The translations under genes were made by a program, and so were the position numbers. The notes under the pieces were generated by a model. That model was not told where the DNA came from. It was given only the letters and a program-made list of their open reading frames with translations, and made no database searches. 64,000 nucleotides of DNA, from positions 106,828,001 through 106,892,000 of the forward strand of contig NC_045697.1 of NCBI RefSeq assembly GCF_009834535.1, written 5' to 3'. The stretch comes from Camelus ferus (taxonomy: Eukaryota). Each line of letters starts with the position of its first letter. Positions within the stretch are counted from its first letter, which is position 1. This document shows positions 40,086 to 53,440 of this stretch, one piece after another.

Positions 40086-41239
40086 AATTATGTTGATATG
40101 TCTGCCTGTTCCTCCACTGACGGACATGTTACTTAAAGACATGAGTCACAGCTCATTTATCTGTGGATGTTGTGCCTAAGACAACTACGAGTACCTGTTG
40201 GGGGTTCCACTGCTACCTACTGAAGTGCAAGGAGTGTGGCTGCCCTGCTCAAAGGATTCTCAGAGCCTTCATTCCTAGTACGTGTGCCACAGCCTAGAGA
40301 ATGACATGCATTAATAAATATTAAATTCATATTTTTCATATTATCTATATAAGCACATCTCAGTACAAATATATCAGTCTCCTTTTCAGAGCTGAAAAGT
40401 ATGAGCTGATAAGCCACTAATTTATCTAGTATTTACTACCTGTGCTAGGCACTGCGGGGCAAAGATGAATAAGGCATTGTGTACCTGCCCTGGAGGGCCT
40501 CCCTGTCTGATGAAGGCATGGATGTGAAAACAAGAATGTCTAGAGAGGTACGCGGGCAGAGCGCTGAGAACATAAAGGAAGCTTGAGTAGTAGTACAACC
40601 TCTCATATAAATACATAAATAATTTGAAAGAAAAACCTTGTTTTATGTATTTGGGAGGTAAAAATATAGTTTGCATTAATCAACAGTCAAGATTCATAAA
40701 GGTTAAAACTTAAAATACTGCCTATCCTCTTATCATTTTAACATTTCATCAAATTATCTTGAGCAAACTATGAACTGTCTTTATGAAGCTTGTACCATTT
40801 CCTTCAATTATTTCAGCCTTTGCTTCATAGTTCTATTCCCCGTCATCATCCTTGATGGCTTCAGAATTTGTACTAATGTTTCTTCTGAAGTCTTCCTTCT
40901 CTGCTCACGTTAGTCACCTCTAAGCATTAATATACTTTGACTTAATAATCCAAGCAATTCAAATCCAACTGTCCTTGAAAAACTGTTACCTCTTTTTCTG
41001 CCAGTTAATTTTTCTTTCAAACGTGCCCTTTAACCTCACTTCTTGTAATTTCTTTTAGGTATTAAATTACAAAGACACACGACAATAAAAACAGCCAATA
41101 AGTGGTGGCTACAGTTTATCTAATTACTGTGATGATTAACATAAATTATATCAATTAATTCTCAATGAACCTTAAGTCTCCAAAGTAGATGTACCAACCC
41201 ACTACACCATATTTTTTATCCACATGATGAAATATGATG

Positions 41240-41420
41240 GGAACAGGCTAACAGATCTGGGTTCTAAGCCTGTCTGAAATGGTCATAAAGTCTTGGGCAA
41301 CAGTTTAAATTTTTAAAGCTTCACTTACTCATCTCTAAAATGCAAAAACAACACATTCCTCATAAAATTATGGCAAGAATTAAATTGTATGCCTGGCACA
41401 GAGTCAGTTCTTATTAGATG
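41240..41420 (+). mobile_element. MIR SINE relic
   Basis: agatctgggttctaagcc...cttgggcaa...ctcatctctaaaatg...tgcctggcaca. Confidence 0.55.
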
Positions 41421-41449
41421 CCAATTCCCTTCCCAGTTCTTCTTCTTTG

Positions 41450-41945
41450 GTGGGCAGCCTCCAAGATAGCCCCCTCCTGGTATTCGGGCTCTTGCTGGTT
41501 CCCTCTTACACTAAAGACAGCTGACCCTGTACCCAACTGGACACTGTAGAAATGACACAGTGGGACTTCCGAGATTAAGTCATAAAAAGTGTTGTGCCTT
41601 CCACCCTTCTCTATTTTGGATGGCCTGGCCAGGGGAAATCAGCTGCCACATGGTGAGGAAATTCAAGCAGCTCTATGGAGAGGTCCATGTGGTGAGGGGC
41701 TGAGGTCTCCTGATGATTCACCAACAGAGGGAGTGAGTCATCTTAGAAGGCCCAGTCACACCTCTGAGGACGTAGCTCCAGAAGCCATCTTGACTACGAG
41801 CTCAGGAGAGATGGAGAGCCGGAACCACCTGGCTAAGCATCCCCAAACTCCTGATCCAATACAACTATGAGAGATAGGAATGCCTACTGCTGTTTTAGCT
41901 GTTAACTTCTGTAATTCATAGCACAGCAATAGTAAACGAGCACAT
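41450..41945 (+). mobile_element. MLT1 (MLT1F-like) ERVL-MaLR solo LTR
   Basis: cagctgccacatggtgagg...tatggagaggtccatgtggtgagg...aaccacctggctaagc...gcacagcaatagtaaacgagcaca. Confidence 0.8.
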
Positions 41946-42769
41946 TTTCCTGCCCACATTTTCCTTAGACCTGCCTGACCTATTTAACCCCAAACCGGGC
42001 CCCATGGTGTTTTCTTCAACTAGATTTTTTTAAAAGCAGCCTGGGCGCTTATCAGTTTGACCATTCCCATACTTACTTTGTTAATCATCTTGGTGATTAA
42101 AATCCCATGATCTATTTTTCTAGCTGATATACACGGGCCACCATGCTTCATTACAGAAAATCAAACCATATACTAATAATTGTACTATAAATCCAAGCTC
42201 TGTATCTTTAAGGGTCTCAAATTCTACTCTGATTATTTTTGTGTTTCTAATGTCATACTCCCTTCAATGGCTGCCCTAAATTGCAAATATGCCTCAGTTT
42301 CTTTCTCAGTAGACTGTCTGGCTTTTGCCTTTAAAAAGAGAACATTATGCATTTTTTCTTGACTTTCTTCTCCACTGTAAAATGTTCGTATTTTAACCCT
42401 CCTGCTCCTCTTTACCCTGTGCTTTGGGGTAAAAAGTGTCCTCCTATCTCCTGAAAATATGCTATGTGCCTGGTTTCCAATTTTTCCCCTTCTAAGTTAT
42501 TCTTCCTCTGAGACTATTCAGATTTTGCTACTAGAAAGAATCTTTTCCTTAATTCCCATTCATCCTGGAATCATTTCTTCTTTCATTGGATATTCTACTT
42601 CTCAAAAGAAGCCATATTCACTCACTCACTCTGCAATCTCTTCAACCCATCACACCTCAACTCCTTTAAATCTATAATTCCATTATACTCTATTGAAATT
42701 TTCTATTAAAGGTGCAAATATCCTCCCCTTTAAGTCTGAAAATTTTCTGCCTCTATGAAGGTGAACTAC

Positions 42770-43040
42770 TGTGGCGAAGACTATTTGTCATTCAATAGCC
42801 ACTCCTACTTTCTTTAATAATAAAAATCTTAGCCAGAGACACATTTACCACTCTTCCTTCCAACTTGATGAGGCCATGTGACCAAGTTATGGGTACTGAG
42901 ATATGAACAGAAGTAACATGTTCCACTGCCAGGTTGTCCATCTCAAAAAGAACGGGCATGTTTCCTTTCTCCCTTCCTGCTGGCTGGGAAGTGAAGCAAA
43001 CTAGACCCATCTTGGGTCTAGAGAGGGCAGTCATACGCTA
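42770..43040 (+). mobile_element. MLT1J-like LTR relic
   Basis: gaggccatgtgaccaagttatggg...gagatatgaacagaagt...cccttcctgctggctggga. Confidence 0.6.
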
Positions 43041-43286
43041 CAACCAGCAGATTCCCTCTCCAACTTTAGGCTCCTCTTCTCTGTGTATGAGACAAAAATG
43101 AGGAGACCCTAAATAATAACACCAGCAATACTTTAAAAGTTCTGGGTATGCGAAAGGCAAATAGTAACACTGCAAGATACAGTGGCTTAAACATGACAGA
43201 GAACAACTTAGCCTGTACCATGACTAAATACACCCAGTGCACTGGTCAGTATCCTCATAGGAATCAGAAGGTACAATTAGACTGGA

Positions 43287-43373
43287 CTCTTCTTTTTTTC
43301 TTTTTTATTGAAGCACAGTCAGTTTACGATGTTGTATCACGTTCTGGTACACAGCACAACGTGTCAGTCATAC
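43287..43373 (-). mobile_element. Young L1 3'-end insertion (about 87 bp)
   Basis: tttattgaagcacagtcagtttacgatgttgtatca...cagtcata; TSD tagactgga at 43278-43286 and 43374-43382. Confidence 0.85.
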
Positions 43374-43559
43374 TAGACTGGATGCTGATGAAGATGCTAT
43401 TCACATACAGGGTCAAGGAAACCAACAAGCCATTCTGAGGAACCTGCAGACTCACAATGAGAGAACATTACAACCCACAGGCCTCAAGGAGTAAGTGAAT
43501 AATATTACTAGTAAACATCTTGACATATAAACTGGTCCCAGGCTGGGATACTTGGAAGA

Positions 43560-44400
43560 GAGGAAAGCTAAATACTCTGGAGAGGTTTACTATCATTCAA
43601 GGATTCTAACAGGTAAAGGTTCTCCTAAAGATGAACTCACAATCCAAAATTACATGTATGAGGGAACAGACCATCATGAGTAAGAGGCATCCAACAGCAC
43701 AAACAGAACTACAGATGACAGCAATATTGAACAAGGCTTCTCAAATAAACGTTTTAAGTTATCAGAGACATATCAAAGAATGAGAATATAAGGAAAGGAG
43801 ACACAGTTTTTTTTTAAAGTCAGATTGAAAAAGAACCAAACAGAAATTCTAGAAATGAAAAAACAGCCACTAAGTTTATACTGGACTGATTAAATAGATT
43901 TGAAATAGCTGAAGAGTCAGTTAGTGATTTAAAAAATGTGAAGAAATTACAAGAATGGAGCACAGAGAAATAATACAGTGGAAAATACAAGAGATGCTTC
44001 GTAGGCATGGAGGAGAATGAGAAAGAATCTTATATCTAAAAGGAATTCTACCAAGAATAAACAGAGAATGGGGAGGAGACAATATCAAAGTGATAATCCT
44101 GAGAACTTTCTGGAATGTTTTTAAAACACAAATCCTTAGATTCAAGATGCAAAATAAGTACCAAGCAGAATAAATAAAAATAAATCTGTTTGAACACATT
44201 ATTATAAAACTGCAAAACCTGAGACACTTGGAAAAAATTTTAAAGCATTCTAAAAAGGAACAGCTGATAGATTTTACAACAGAGATTTCTCAACAGTAAC
44301 AACAAAAGTGAAAAGTTAATGCAATAATAGTATCTTCTAAATACTAGGAGAGAAAATAATAGTCAACCTATTAGCTAAGGAGTGAGATAAAAAAATCATT
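43560..44400 (+). mobile_element. Ancient L1ME/HAL1-like ORF1 relic
   Basis: aagaaccaaacagaaattctagaaatgaaaa...atagctgaagag...gagaactttc...cagagatttctcaacagtaacaa; decayed, no open frame. Confidence 0.65.
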
Positions 44401-44403
44401 TTA

Positions 44404-44588
44404 TAAACAATCAGTTTCTACTGGATAGCACAGGGAACTATTTCAGTATCTTGTACTAACCTATAATGAAAAAGAATATCAAAACGAATATATGTATGTA
44501 TACGTATGACTGAAGCATTGTGCTGTACGCCAGAAATTGACACAATACTGTAAAATGACTCTACTTCAATAAAAAAGAATACAAATTT
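44404..44588 (+). mobile_element. Young L1 3'-end insertion
   Basis: tagcacagggaactat...tatgactgaagcattgtgctgtacgccagaaattgacaca...cttcaataaaaaa; perfect TSD aaaaaatcatttta at 44390-44403 and 44589-44602. Confidence 0.9.
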
Positions 44589-46227
44589 AAAAAATCATTT
44601 TAGATTAAAAAAAAACTACCCTGCCAAACAAAAAACATTTCTGTAGCTTTACACTGTCCATGGGCTACTGGTTTGTAACTTCTGCTATACACCCAAAACT
44701 TAAATCATCTAGCTTCCTCCACCTGGGTATTGTACCAACATCTGAAACTCAACCTATCCAAGGATGAACATGACAATATATTTCCAAAACCTTCTCCTCT
44801 TCATGACTTCCCATTTCTTTTAAATTCACCACCATCATCCAGTCACCTAAAGTCAAAACGTTAGAATACTATTTAACTTCTATTGAGATACAAAATCCTA
44901 CAAATTCTACCTAAATATTTCTTTGTCTTCTGTGTTACTCACTCCTACGGCCACTATTCTACATCAGGCTCATATTATTTACAAGTGTCAACTGTCCCTA
45001 CTCCATTCAATCCTATATGAAGCTACTAGAGTAAACTTCCTAAATTGGAACTTCAGTCATACCCACTCTGCTCCACAAAATCCTAAAATGCTCTTCTTTG
45101 AGCACAGAATAAACCCAATTCCTCATCATGGCATTCAAGTCCCTCTGAATATCTGACCTCAAACTCCCTTTTTGGTCTTAAGTACCACCTACTTTCTTCT
45201 TTACATTAGTCAAACTGGGTCACTGTTAACCAAAATAACTTAACTCTCTTCAGTATCTCTGTATATGTTCTTTCCTCCACTGAAATTTAATTAAAATTAA
45301 ACAGGTACCTACTGAGGGCTTTTGTGTGAGACACTTGGGTTCAGCAGCAGGGAGGTGGGGAAGGGGTAGAAACAAATTATTCACTCATTCACACCCAGTT
45401 CTTTGCCTGAGTCTCATGAGGAAATGGCCACAACTTCCTCTTCTTTTCTTCTTTCCCTTAGTTAACGCTCTCACACACATTTCCACCTGTCAACTAAAGT
45501 GTTCACACAGAAGCCAGATAATCATCCCTAAGGGAAATGAAGAAGGGTTTATTGCACTTCCTGGGTAGCAGAGCAAAATAACATACTCCAGGTTCTCTCA
45601 GATCTAGGATCCTGTTAATATTACAGTGTGACCCTGGGCTATCAAAGAGCCTGCCGACAAAAGATAACATCATTATCATTATGTCATTTTCACCAAAGAA
45701 GTAAATAAATGGTTTCTGATTTACTTTTAGTTGATCATAAAATTAAAATATTCCAGATCCCATGCATATTTATAAATTATGTCTTTATTCTGATTAAATA
45801 TATTTGTGTAGGAAACTAGAAATGCTGTTCTTACATGATGGTTCTAAATTACTCAGGAACGTCTACTTTGGAAAGGTAAGATAGTTTTAAGATGGATTTT
45901 GAAATACAGAACATATAAGATAGTGAAACAAGTGGTGAATTTTCTCTGTTTGATGGCACAGTGTAAAAGAGACATTAAAATGAGAGAATCATTTTGTTCA
46001 TTTCCTGAGAGAACAATGATCTAATCTGGATGAACAGTTACACAACTAAAAAAGCAAGGATTTACAGCAGGAAAGAAAATTAAGGGTTGTCCAATCTTTG
46101 GCTAGATGTTCAAAGTCAGTTTGAACTTTAACCACTGTAATCTAGTGATTTTTGTGGAGTTTTGATTGTTCACTTTTTGTAAAAACTGGTTTTATTTTTG
46201 TTTACATTTTGCTGCTAACTGCTTAGA

Positions 46228-46457
46228 TTGGGGGTTGGCAAACATTTTCTACAAAAGACCAGATAGTAAATATCTTAGGCTTTGCCATACAATCACTATC
46301 ACAATTACTCAGCCTTGCTACTGTAACCCAAAGGCAGCCGTAGACAATATAAACAAATAAACATGGTGGCAAATTTTCCAAAAAAAAAAAAAGCTTATTT
46401 ACTAAAACAAGCAGCAAGCTGGATTTGGCCCATGGGCCATAGTTTGCTAATTCCTGT
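46228..46457. mobile_element. MER58A hAT-Charlie element
   Basis: ggggttggcaaacattttct...ccagatagtaaatatcttaggctttg...ggatttggcccatgggccatagtttgctaattcctg. Confidence 0.85.
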
Positions 46458-46769
46458 TTTAGACTCATAAAAACAATTTTTAAATAAATTAGTTGAAGTT
46501 TGATCTTTCTCCAATTAAAGAAGCTGATTAGGTTTAAAACCCAAACCAGTAAAACCCCAAAGCCTAGCAGATGGCCCTAATGATTCTGGAAACATGCATT
46601 CCATCTAGTCCCTGGTAGTATTTTTCTTCTCCCTGCTTCACTGACATCTGAGACTGTCTCAGAAGACTTCCAGTCTGAAAGAGAACAGCCTCCTCCGCAG
46701 GGGAATAAAAACCCAGTCCAGCATCATCTCTGAGTTAGGATCTCCTTAAGATTCAAAAGGCGCTGACCA

Positions 46770-46915
46770 GGCCAACAGTAACAGTGGGTAAGTTACTTAT
46801 TTTTATTACTAAGCCTCAATTTCCTCAAAGCAGATCTACAACGGGAAAATAAAATGAGATACTATATAAAGGAATGCCTAAAACAATGCCTGGCACATAG
46901 TAGGTGTTCAACTAC
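46770..46915 (+). mobile_element. MIR relic
   Basis: taagcctcaatttcctca...aaatgagata...tgcctggcacatagtaggtgttcaa. Confidence 0.6.
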
Positions 46916-46974
46916 GGACAGTTCTCTTCTCGCTACCACTTCCCCTCCTTACCCACAAAACCCCTGGATCCTAA

Positions 46975-47345
46975 GTTCATTCATTTATCCTACTATTATA
47001 TATTCATTTAGGACTTACCATGTGTGTTAGGGATTGTGCTTAACTGAGAATACAGCAGTAACACTGACAAGGTCCCTGTTCTCATTCTTGTGGGAAAACT
47101 GACATTAACACATACATTATTCAACAAGACGTTAGATAGTGATTAGTGCTACAAACAAAGTGATTAGATACAGAGTAATTGAGAATTTTGAATAGAATGA
47201 GCAGGGAAGGTTCCTCTGGAAAGGTGGCATATGACTTGAGACTTAAGCATAAAAAGCAGCCCAATAAGTATTTGGGGAAAGAGTATTCTAGATGAGCTAA
47301 ACAAGTACAAATTTCTAGAGGTTAGAAAGTTTCTAATATGCTCAG
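46975..47345 (-). mobile_element. L2 3' end relic
   Basis: ttcattcattt...gagaatacagcagtaac...gacaaggtccctgttctcat...cagggaaggttcctctggaaaggtggcat. Confidence 0.7.
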
Positions 47346-47459
47346 TATCAGAAGTGAAGTAGGACTCATCTCCTGAAATAGCTCCTGACATTGGAGAATG
47401 TCAGCCACTGTTCCATCCTCATCATGTCAGACAACAACACCCCTTTCTGCTTTGTTACC

Positions 47460-48930
47460 TTTGCAGCCATTTTACATTCCTGCCAGCAGTGTAGAAGGGT
47501 TCCAGTTTCTCCACATCCTCACCAATACTTGGTGTCTTTTTTTTAAACTATATATAACAGCCATCCCAACCTGTGTGAGATGGTATCTCATTGTAGTTTG
47601 ATCTGCATTTCCTTGATGAATAGTGATTTTGAGCATCTTTTCATACACCTGCTGGCCATTTGTTAGCGGGAAGCATTCATTGGAGAAATATCTATTCTAT
47701 TCTTTAGTCCATTTTTAAATATTTATTTTTAAAAATTGAAGTAGTTAGTTTACTTTTAAAAAACATTTAAAATTTTAGCCCATTTTAAAATGAGGTTGTT
47801 AGTCTTTCTTTGTTTGTTTGTTTTTTTCTTTTTTTTTTTTTTTTTGCTATTGAGGTGTAGGAGTTCCTTATATAGTTTGGAAATTAACCGCTTATCTGAC
47901 GTATAGTTTGAAAAAAACTTCTGTCATCCCATAGGCTACCTATTCATTTTGTTGACTGTTTCCTTTGCTGTGTGGAAGCTTTTTAGTATGAGGTAGTCTC
48001 CTTCATCTATTTTTATTTTTGTTGCCTGTACTTTTGGTGTCATGTCCATGAAATCACTGCCAAGATTAATGTCATGAAGCTTTTCCTCTATGTTATCTTC
48101 TAGGAGTTTCATGGCTTCAGTCTTACATTTAAGTCTATAATCCATTTCGAATTGATTTTTGTATATGGTCTAAGCTAAGGGTCCAATTTCATTCTCTTGC
48201 ATGTGGATATTGTTTTCCCAACAATATTTATTTAAGAGGCTACCCTTTCCCTAGTGGATAATATTGGTAACTTTGCTGAAGATCAGCTGACCATACACGC
48301 ATGGATTTATTTCTGGGCTCTCTACCTGGTTCAACTGGTCTATATATGTCTGTCTTTATGCCAGTATCACACTGTTTTAATTACTGTAGTTTTATAATAT
48401 ATTTTAAAATCATGAAGCATGATGCTTCCATTTTTAGTCTTTTTTCTCAAGATTACTTTGGTTATTCAGGGTCTTTTGTTGTTCATATGAATTTAGGATT
48501 GTTCTTTTGTACTTCTGTAAAAAAATGACGCTGGGATTTTTGACAGAGACTGCAAGGAAACTGTCAATCACTTTGAGTAGTACGGATATTTTAACATTAA
48601 GTCTTCCACTCCACAAACATGTCATTTGTTTGTGTCTAATTTTTTTTTATCAGTGTTTTGTAGTTTTCTGTTTATAAATTTTTCATCTCCTTAATTAAGT
48701 TTATTCCTAAGTATTTTATTCTTTTTAGTGCTATTGTAAGTAAGATTGTTCTCCTAATTTCCTTTTCAAATAGCTCATTGTCAGTGTACAGAAAAGCAAT
48801 TGAAATTTGTACGGTAATTTTGTTTTCTGCAACTTCATTGAATTCATTTCTTTGTGTGGAGTCTTCAGAGTATCTGTAAATAAGATCGTGTCATCTGCAA
48901 ACAAGAACAATTTTATTTCTTCCTTCTCAG
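47460..48930 (-). mobile_element. L1 ORF2 C-terminal region, frameshifted pseudo-ORF
   Basis: ORF 47936-48145 (-) KLLEDNIEEKLHDINLGSDFMDMTPKVQATKIKID..LKSFHTAKET and ORF 48434-48625 (-) WSGRLNVKISVLLKVI resemble L1 ORF2p; gtcatctgcaaaca near 48890 corresponds to the RT FADD motif. Confidence 0.92.
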
Positions 48931-51229
48931 TTGTGTGACCATGCCTATCAGCCTTTCTGAATTTCCAGAAAATCTGAAATCTGGAATATCTTTACTATGA
49001 GCTTCCCAAGGACATTATGAGGCTCCAGCAACTAGTAAGTGAAAGCTATTTGTAAAATGTCAAATACTGTATGAATTTAAGTTATATAATCATGTATTCT
49101 TTGGTTATGATTCATAAATCTCATACCTAAAATATTACTATTATAAATGTTTTAACAAGAATAAAATCTGTTTAGGAACTGTACCTTTATATTTGTTAAA
49201 GTTGCTTTTAAATGTCATTAGACTTCAAGGCAGAAACATTGCTAGTTTCAGTAAAAGTGCTTTAAACACTTTAGTGTTAAGTATTTTAATATAGTCCACC
49301 AAAATGCAAACAATAGAGCAACTATATTAGTTCATGCAGTGCTCTACACATGGAATCCTGGGTCCATAATTAAGCATTTAGGGTAACACTCATAAACTAT
49401 ATAGTGTGCAGTAAACAGGTCTACCAAGTAAATTAAAGAACCCCTATACTATGATGCAAACTGGGACTTGATTTTAAATCTTTAGAAACAGAGGATTGTT
49501 TTAATTCTAGAAGTGCGGGAGGAGAAAGTCACATCCCTTAAACAAACAGTACATCAAGTCTCTATAAGACCTCCAATTTCCCACATGACACATGCCCATT
49601 TAGGAGCTCACAGATCAGGTTTCATAAAATAATACACTGTAAATAACATAAGTAATTAATCATGATTGTAAACCAATGCCCCTATTAACAGGAGCTGGGA
49701 GTCTATCATATCTATTTTAAATTTTTGTTCATACCAATTTATAAGTGCCTTATTCCTGCTGGTCCCAATGAGGACACCAGGTAGAACTTGTATTTGGCCA
49801 CTTGACAATCACCTGAATTCAAAAATCTTAAGTCCATATCTTCTTAAATTTCCCGTATCTTGCCATCATTCTGAATAGCAGTCAAAATTATGTCACTCGT
49901 TAACAAGTAACAAAACATTATTATTAGCACGATTCCCCACTTCTTATGTATATAAGACTGGTAATAGGCCACCTGCCCACTTTGGTTTTTGAACTCCAGA
50001 GAACACCGATCTTCTCATCAAGGCAGGGAAGATCATGAATTTTTTTTTTTTCTCATTTACTCCTCTCTGCTTGACTGGACAGTAATCCCTAAAAGGGACA
50101 TGATAATAACTGCTGCTTTTCATACACTGGTCATAGTCCTTCATGGCCTCTATTCTGTGCCTGAGCAAATCATCATATTTCCAGATAAAAATAAAACACA
50201 GGTTTTTAATGATTTTTATTACTTCCTAAAGTGATATAACTTCAGAAATCTTAATTGTCTAAAGAATGTAAATGGATGTATACTCCCCAGATCAACTTTC
50301 TAAAAAGTAAGTCCAGATACTAAAAATAACTTCAAGATGTGGAATGCCGGGAAATATCAAGAGCAGACCAGGCAACTTGTGTGCGACCGTCAGAGATGGG
50401 GAGACTGACTCTGAGCAAAGCTATTAGGCTGCCTTAGAGACCAGAGAAGAAAGAGCCACAGGAGTGCTGGTGAACAGAACTTACAGCTGCAATCTAAAGG
50501 CAAGTTTAACATACACGGAGCATAGGAAAAACTTGCCATATACACTACATATCTAACGTAGTAAAAACATTGCCACGTGAGGAAAGCACAAATGTCTTCA
50601 AACAGAATGACAACAATGTTACAAATCTAACTACTGTATGTCTTAATGATCATTTGGAGAATAAAATAATATGCTAGATTCAGAATATAAAATTGACTAA
50701 AATAATTTCTTAGCTATCTTATTAATTACATACTACTAATTACATACTATTAATGACTATAATACTAATATTTTAATATATTGCCATTAATTTACCCGTT
50801 AGTAAAATACACTAATAACAAACCACTACATAAAAGTAAGTATTAGACCCAAATTCACTGTAAATGCCTATATACAAGAATTCCATAATAAGAAATATCA
50901 CCAGCAAGGGGCCTGAATAAATGGCTCCTCTGTTTACAACCCACCCAACAGGAATCTGGGTTCATTCACTGTGCCAAGGGGCACAAAACTTGGGGTCCTC
51001 CTATGAACACACCCTACACATGTCCCCCTGCACCTCCACGTGGCTGCTGGGCAAGACAAGAGGGACAGGACTCAATATTGGAAGAAAAGCTGCAGTATTT
51101 AGTGGGGGAATTTGCCACCTAGAGCCTGTCTGGTCCATGCATGGGTGGGCCATGAGTGGTCTTACAGACAAGAAGCCTTTGAACCTTGTTTCAAGGGAAA
51201 AAGGAAAGAGATTCCATGTGCCATTCTGG

Positions 51230-51515
51230 AGTAGTGACTTTTTTTAGAGCAGTGAAAATACTCTGCATGATGTTATAACGATGGATATCTATGTCATTAT
51301 ATTTTTGTCCAAACTAAGATGCGCTGTGGACTCTGGTGATTACGATGTGTCAAAGTACATTCACCCTTAGTTAAAAAAAAAAAAAAAAAACTACCACACT
51401 GGTAAATTAAAATAATCACTATGCATTATGTGTGGAGAGGGCGTATATGGGAAATTTCTGTAACTTCCTCTCAAATTTGTTGTAAACCTAAAACTGCTGA
51501 AAAAAAAAGTCTTAA
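51230..51515 (+). mobile_element. L1MC-like 3' end relic
   Basis: cagtgaaaatactctgcatgat...atgtcattatatttttgtccaaac...tatatgggaaatttctgta...aaacctaaaactgct. Confidence 0.8.
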
Positions 51516-52764
51516 AAACAAGAAATCTCAGGGTAGATATTTTTGGCAAAATTTTGGTTTCAGTTATATACATATATTATATATGTGTGTGTTTGTTGGA
51601 TTGTGATGTAAAGTTTATTTTTTAGGTCAAAAAGGTTTGCAAGCCACTGTAGTCAAGTAACAATGGCAAAAAAAAGCAAAAATTAACCTCAGAAAAAAAA
51701 TTATATCACCAGAAGCTAAAAATTTGAGTATCAAACATTTCATAGTCAAAGACAGGCCTCCGATCTTAGTAAAAAGTCACATAACCATGTTATTAGTTGA
51801 AAAAGAAATTAGGTTGGAAACGGTTCAAACAAAAAGCAAATAAAACAAGCAAAAAGCGTCCAAAATGACCATCATTACTGGAAACATAACTCATAGCATA
51901 TGCTCTGACGACAAATGAGCAGTGCCACATTCTTTGTGAAAAACATCTTCAGCTGCACTATAATTAACTCTAGGAAGATATGCTGGGCTTCTTGGCTTTG
52001 TTTTCTAATACTACTCATATACCACTAGTTATTATGTTGCCAAATAGCATTCATGAAGGTAAATAAAAAATAAACCATGAAATCCATGGATAGAGGAAAA
52101 AACAACAACAAATAAGTAATTCAGGATCACAACCTCAATGCTCAGTGGCACAGGGTCAAGCCAGCGTTATAATTGTGAGCATCACTCGACTCTATTTATA
52201 ATAGTATTTCCAAAGTACCTGTGAGCTAGCCCTCAGCAAAGTTAAGAGTTCTTCTTTCCCCTTAATCATTACTTTCCTTTCAAAATAAATGCAAAACTAA
52301 AATAGTCCACACAGTCTAGCAGATTTGAAAACCATCTAACTCAGGATCACTTAGGAAGTTTGTTAGAAAATTACTCTCGGGTCTAATTCACTAGACGTCC
52401 GGGATCAATTTTAACAAGCATGCATGGGATGCTGGTAGCTGTATTCCTAATAAACTCTTAAACACTAAAATTTTGAGAACTTCCAACTAAAAAGAAAATT
52501 CATATTTTACATAAAATGCACACATTAGTAATACAAAAAAAGACACCTTTTCACTTTTCTTAATTAAGCGCACTTTGCTTTTTTAACACTATTCTTTAGG
52601 AAAATAGCTTGAAAAGATAAACTTAAGTGGTCTTAATCTAACAGACTCTTGTAAAGGTACCAATATGATTTATGCCTAACTCTAAAACTCCTAAAACTTT
52701 TCCTAAGATAATTTAAATCCCTTTGCACAACTTATGAATTAAAATGGCAACTGGTGTGCTTCTT

Positions 52765-53440
52765 TTTAAAAACTGAAATATAATTCATACGCCATAGAAT
52801 TCACCCTTTTACAGTGTACAATTCAGTGGTTTTAGTATATTCACAAAGCTATGCAACCATCATCACTAATTTTCATTTCATTACATCACAACAAAAAGAA
52901 ACTCCATACACATTAGCACCCGCTCCCCATTTCCCCACCTCCACCTGCTGGTAACCACTAATTCACCTTGTCTTTCTTTGGGTTTTCCTATTCTGGATAT
53001 TTCATGTATAAATGGAACCATATAATATGTGGTCTTTTGTGTCTGGATTCTTTCACTTGCATAATGTTTTCATGTACATCCATGGTGTAGCATGTATCAG
53101 CTGACAGACATTTGGGTTGTTTCCATTCTTAGGCTATCATGAATAATGCTACTATGAACAATAATGTATATATTTTTGTGTGGAACTATGTTCACAATTC
53201 TCTTGGGTATATAGCTTGCCCTCTGTATCTGCAGGTTCTGATCTACAGATTCAATGAACTATGGACCCAAGTTGAATCTGCAGATGCAGAACCTGACTTA
53301 TACAGAGGGCCAGCTGTAAGGGACTCAAGCATTAGAGGACTATGCTGTCCAGGGGGTCCTGGAACCAATCCCCTGTGGATACTGTATATCTAAGAGATGA
53401 ATTGCTGGGTCATATCGTAACTCTGTACTTAACTTTTTGA
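52765..53440 (-). mobile_element. L1MB-like 3' region, interrupted by a Tigger-type MITE
   Basis: tgaaatataattcatacgccatagaattcaccc...gtgtacaattcagtgg...gacatttgggttgtttcca...attgctgggtcatatcgtaac. Confidence 0.88.
53210..53386. mobile_element. MER2/MER8-like TcMar-Tigger MITE inserted at a TA within L1
   Basis: gccctctgtatctgcaggttct...agggactcaagcat...gggggtcctggaaccaatcccctgtggatac; flanked by TA dinucleotides, with L1 sequence resuming on both sides. Confidence 0.8.

Noticed and set aside
47936..48625. Active retrotransposon ORFs
   Set aside because: Short frameshifted L1 ORF2 remnants; no intact ORF.
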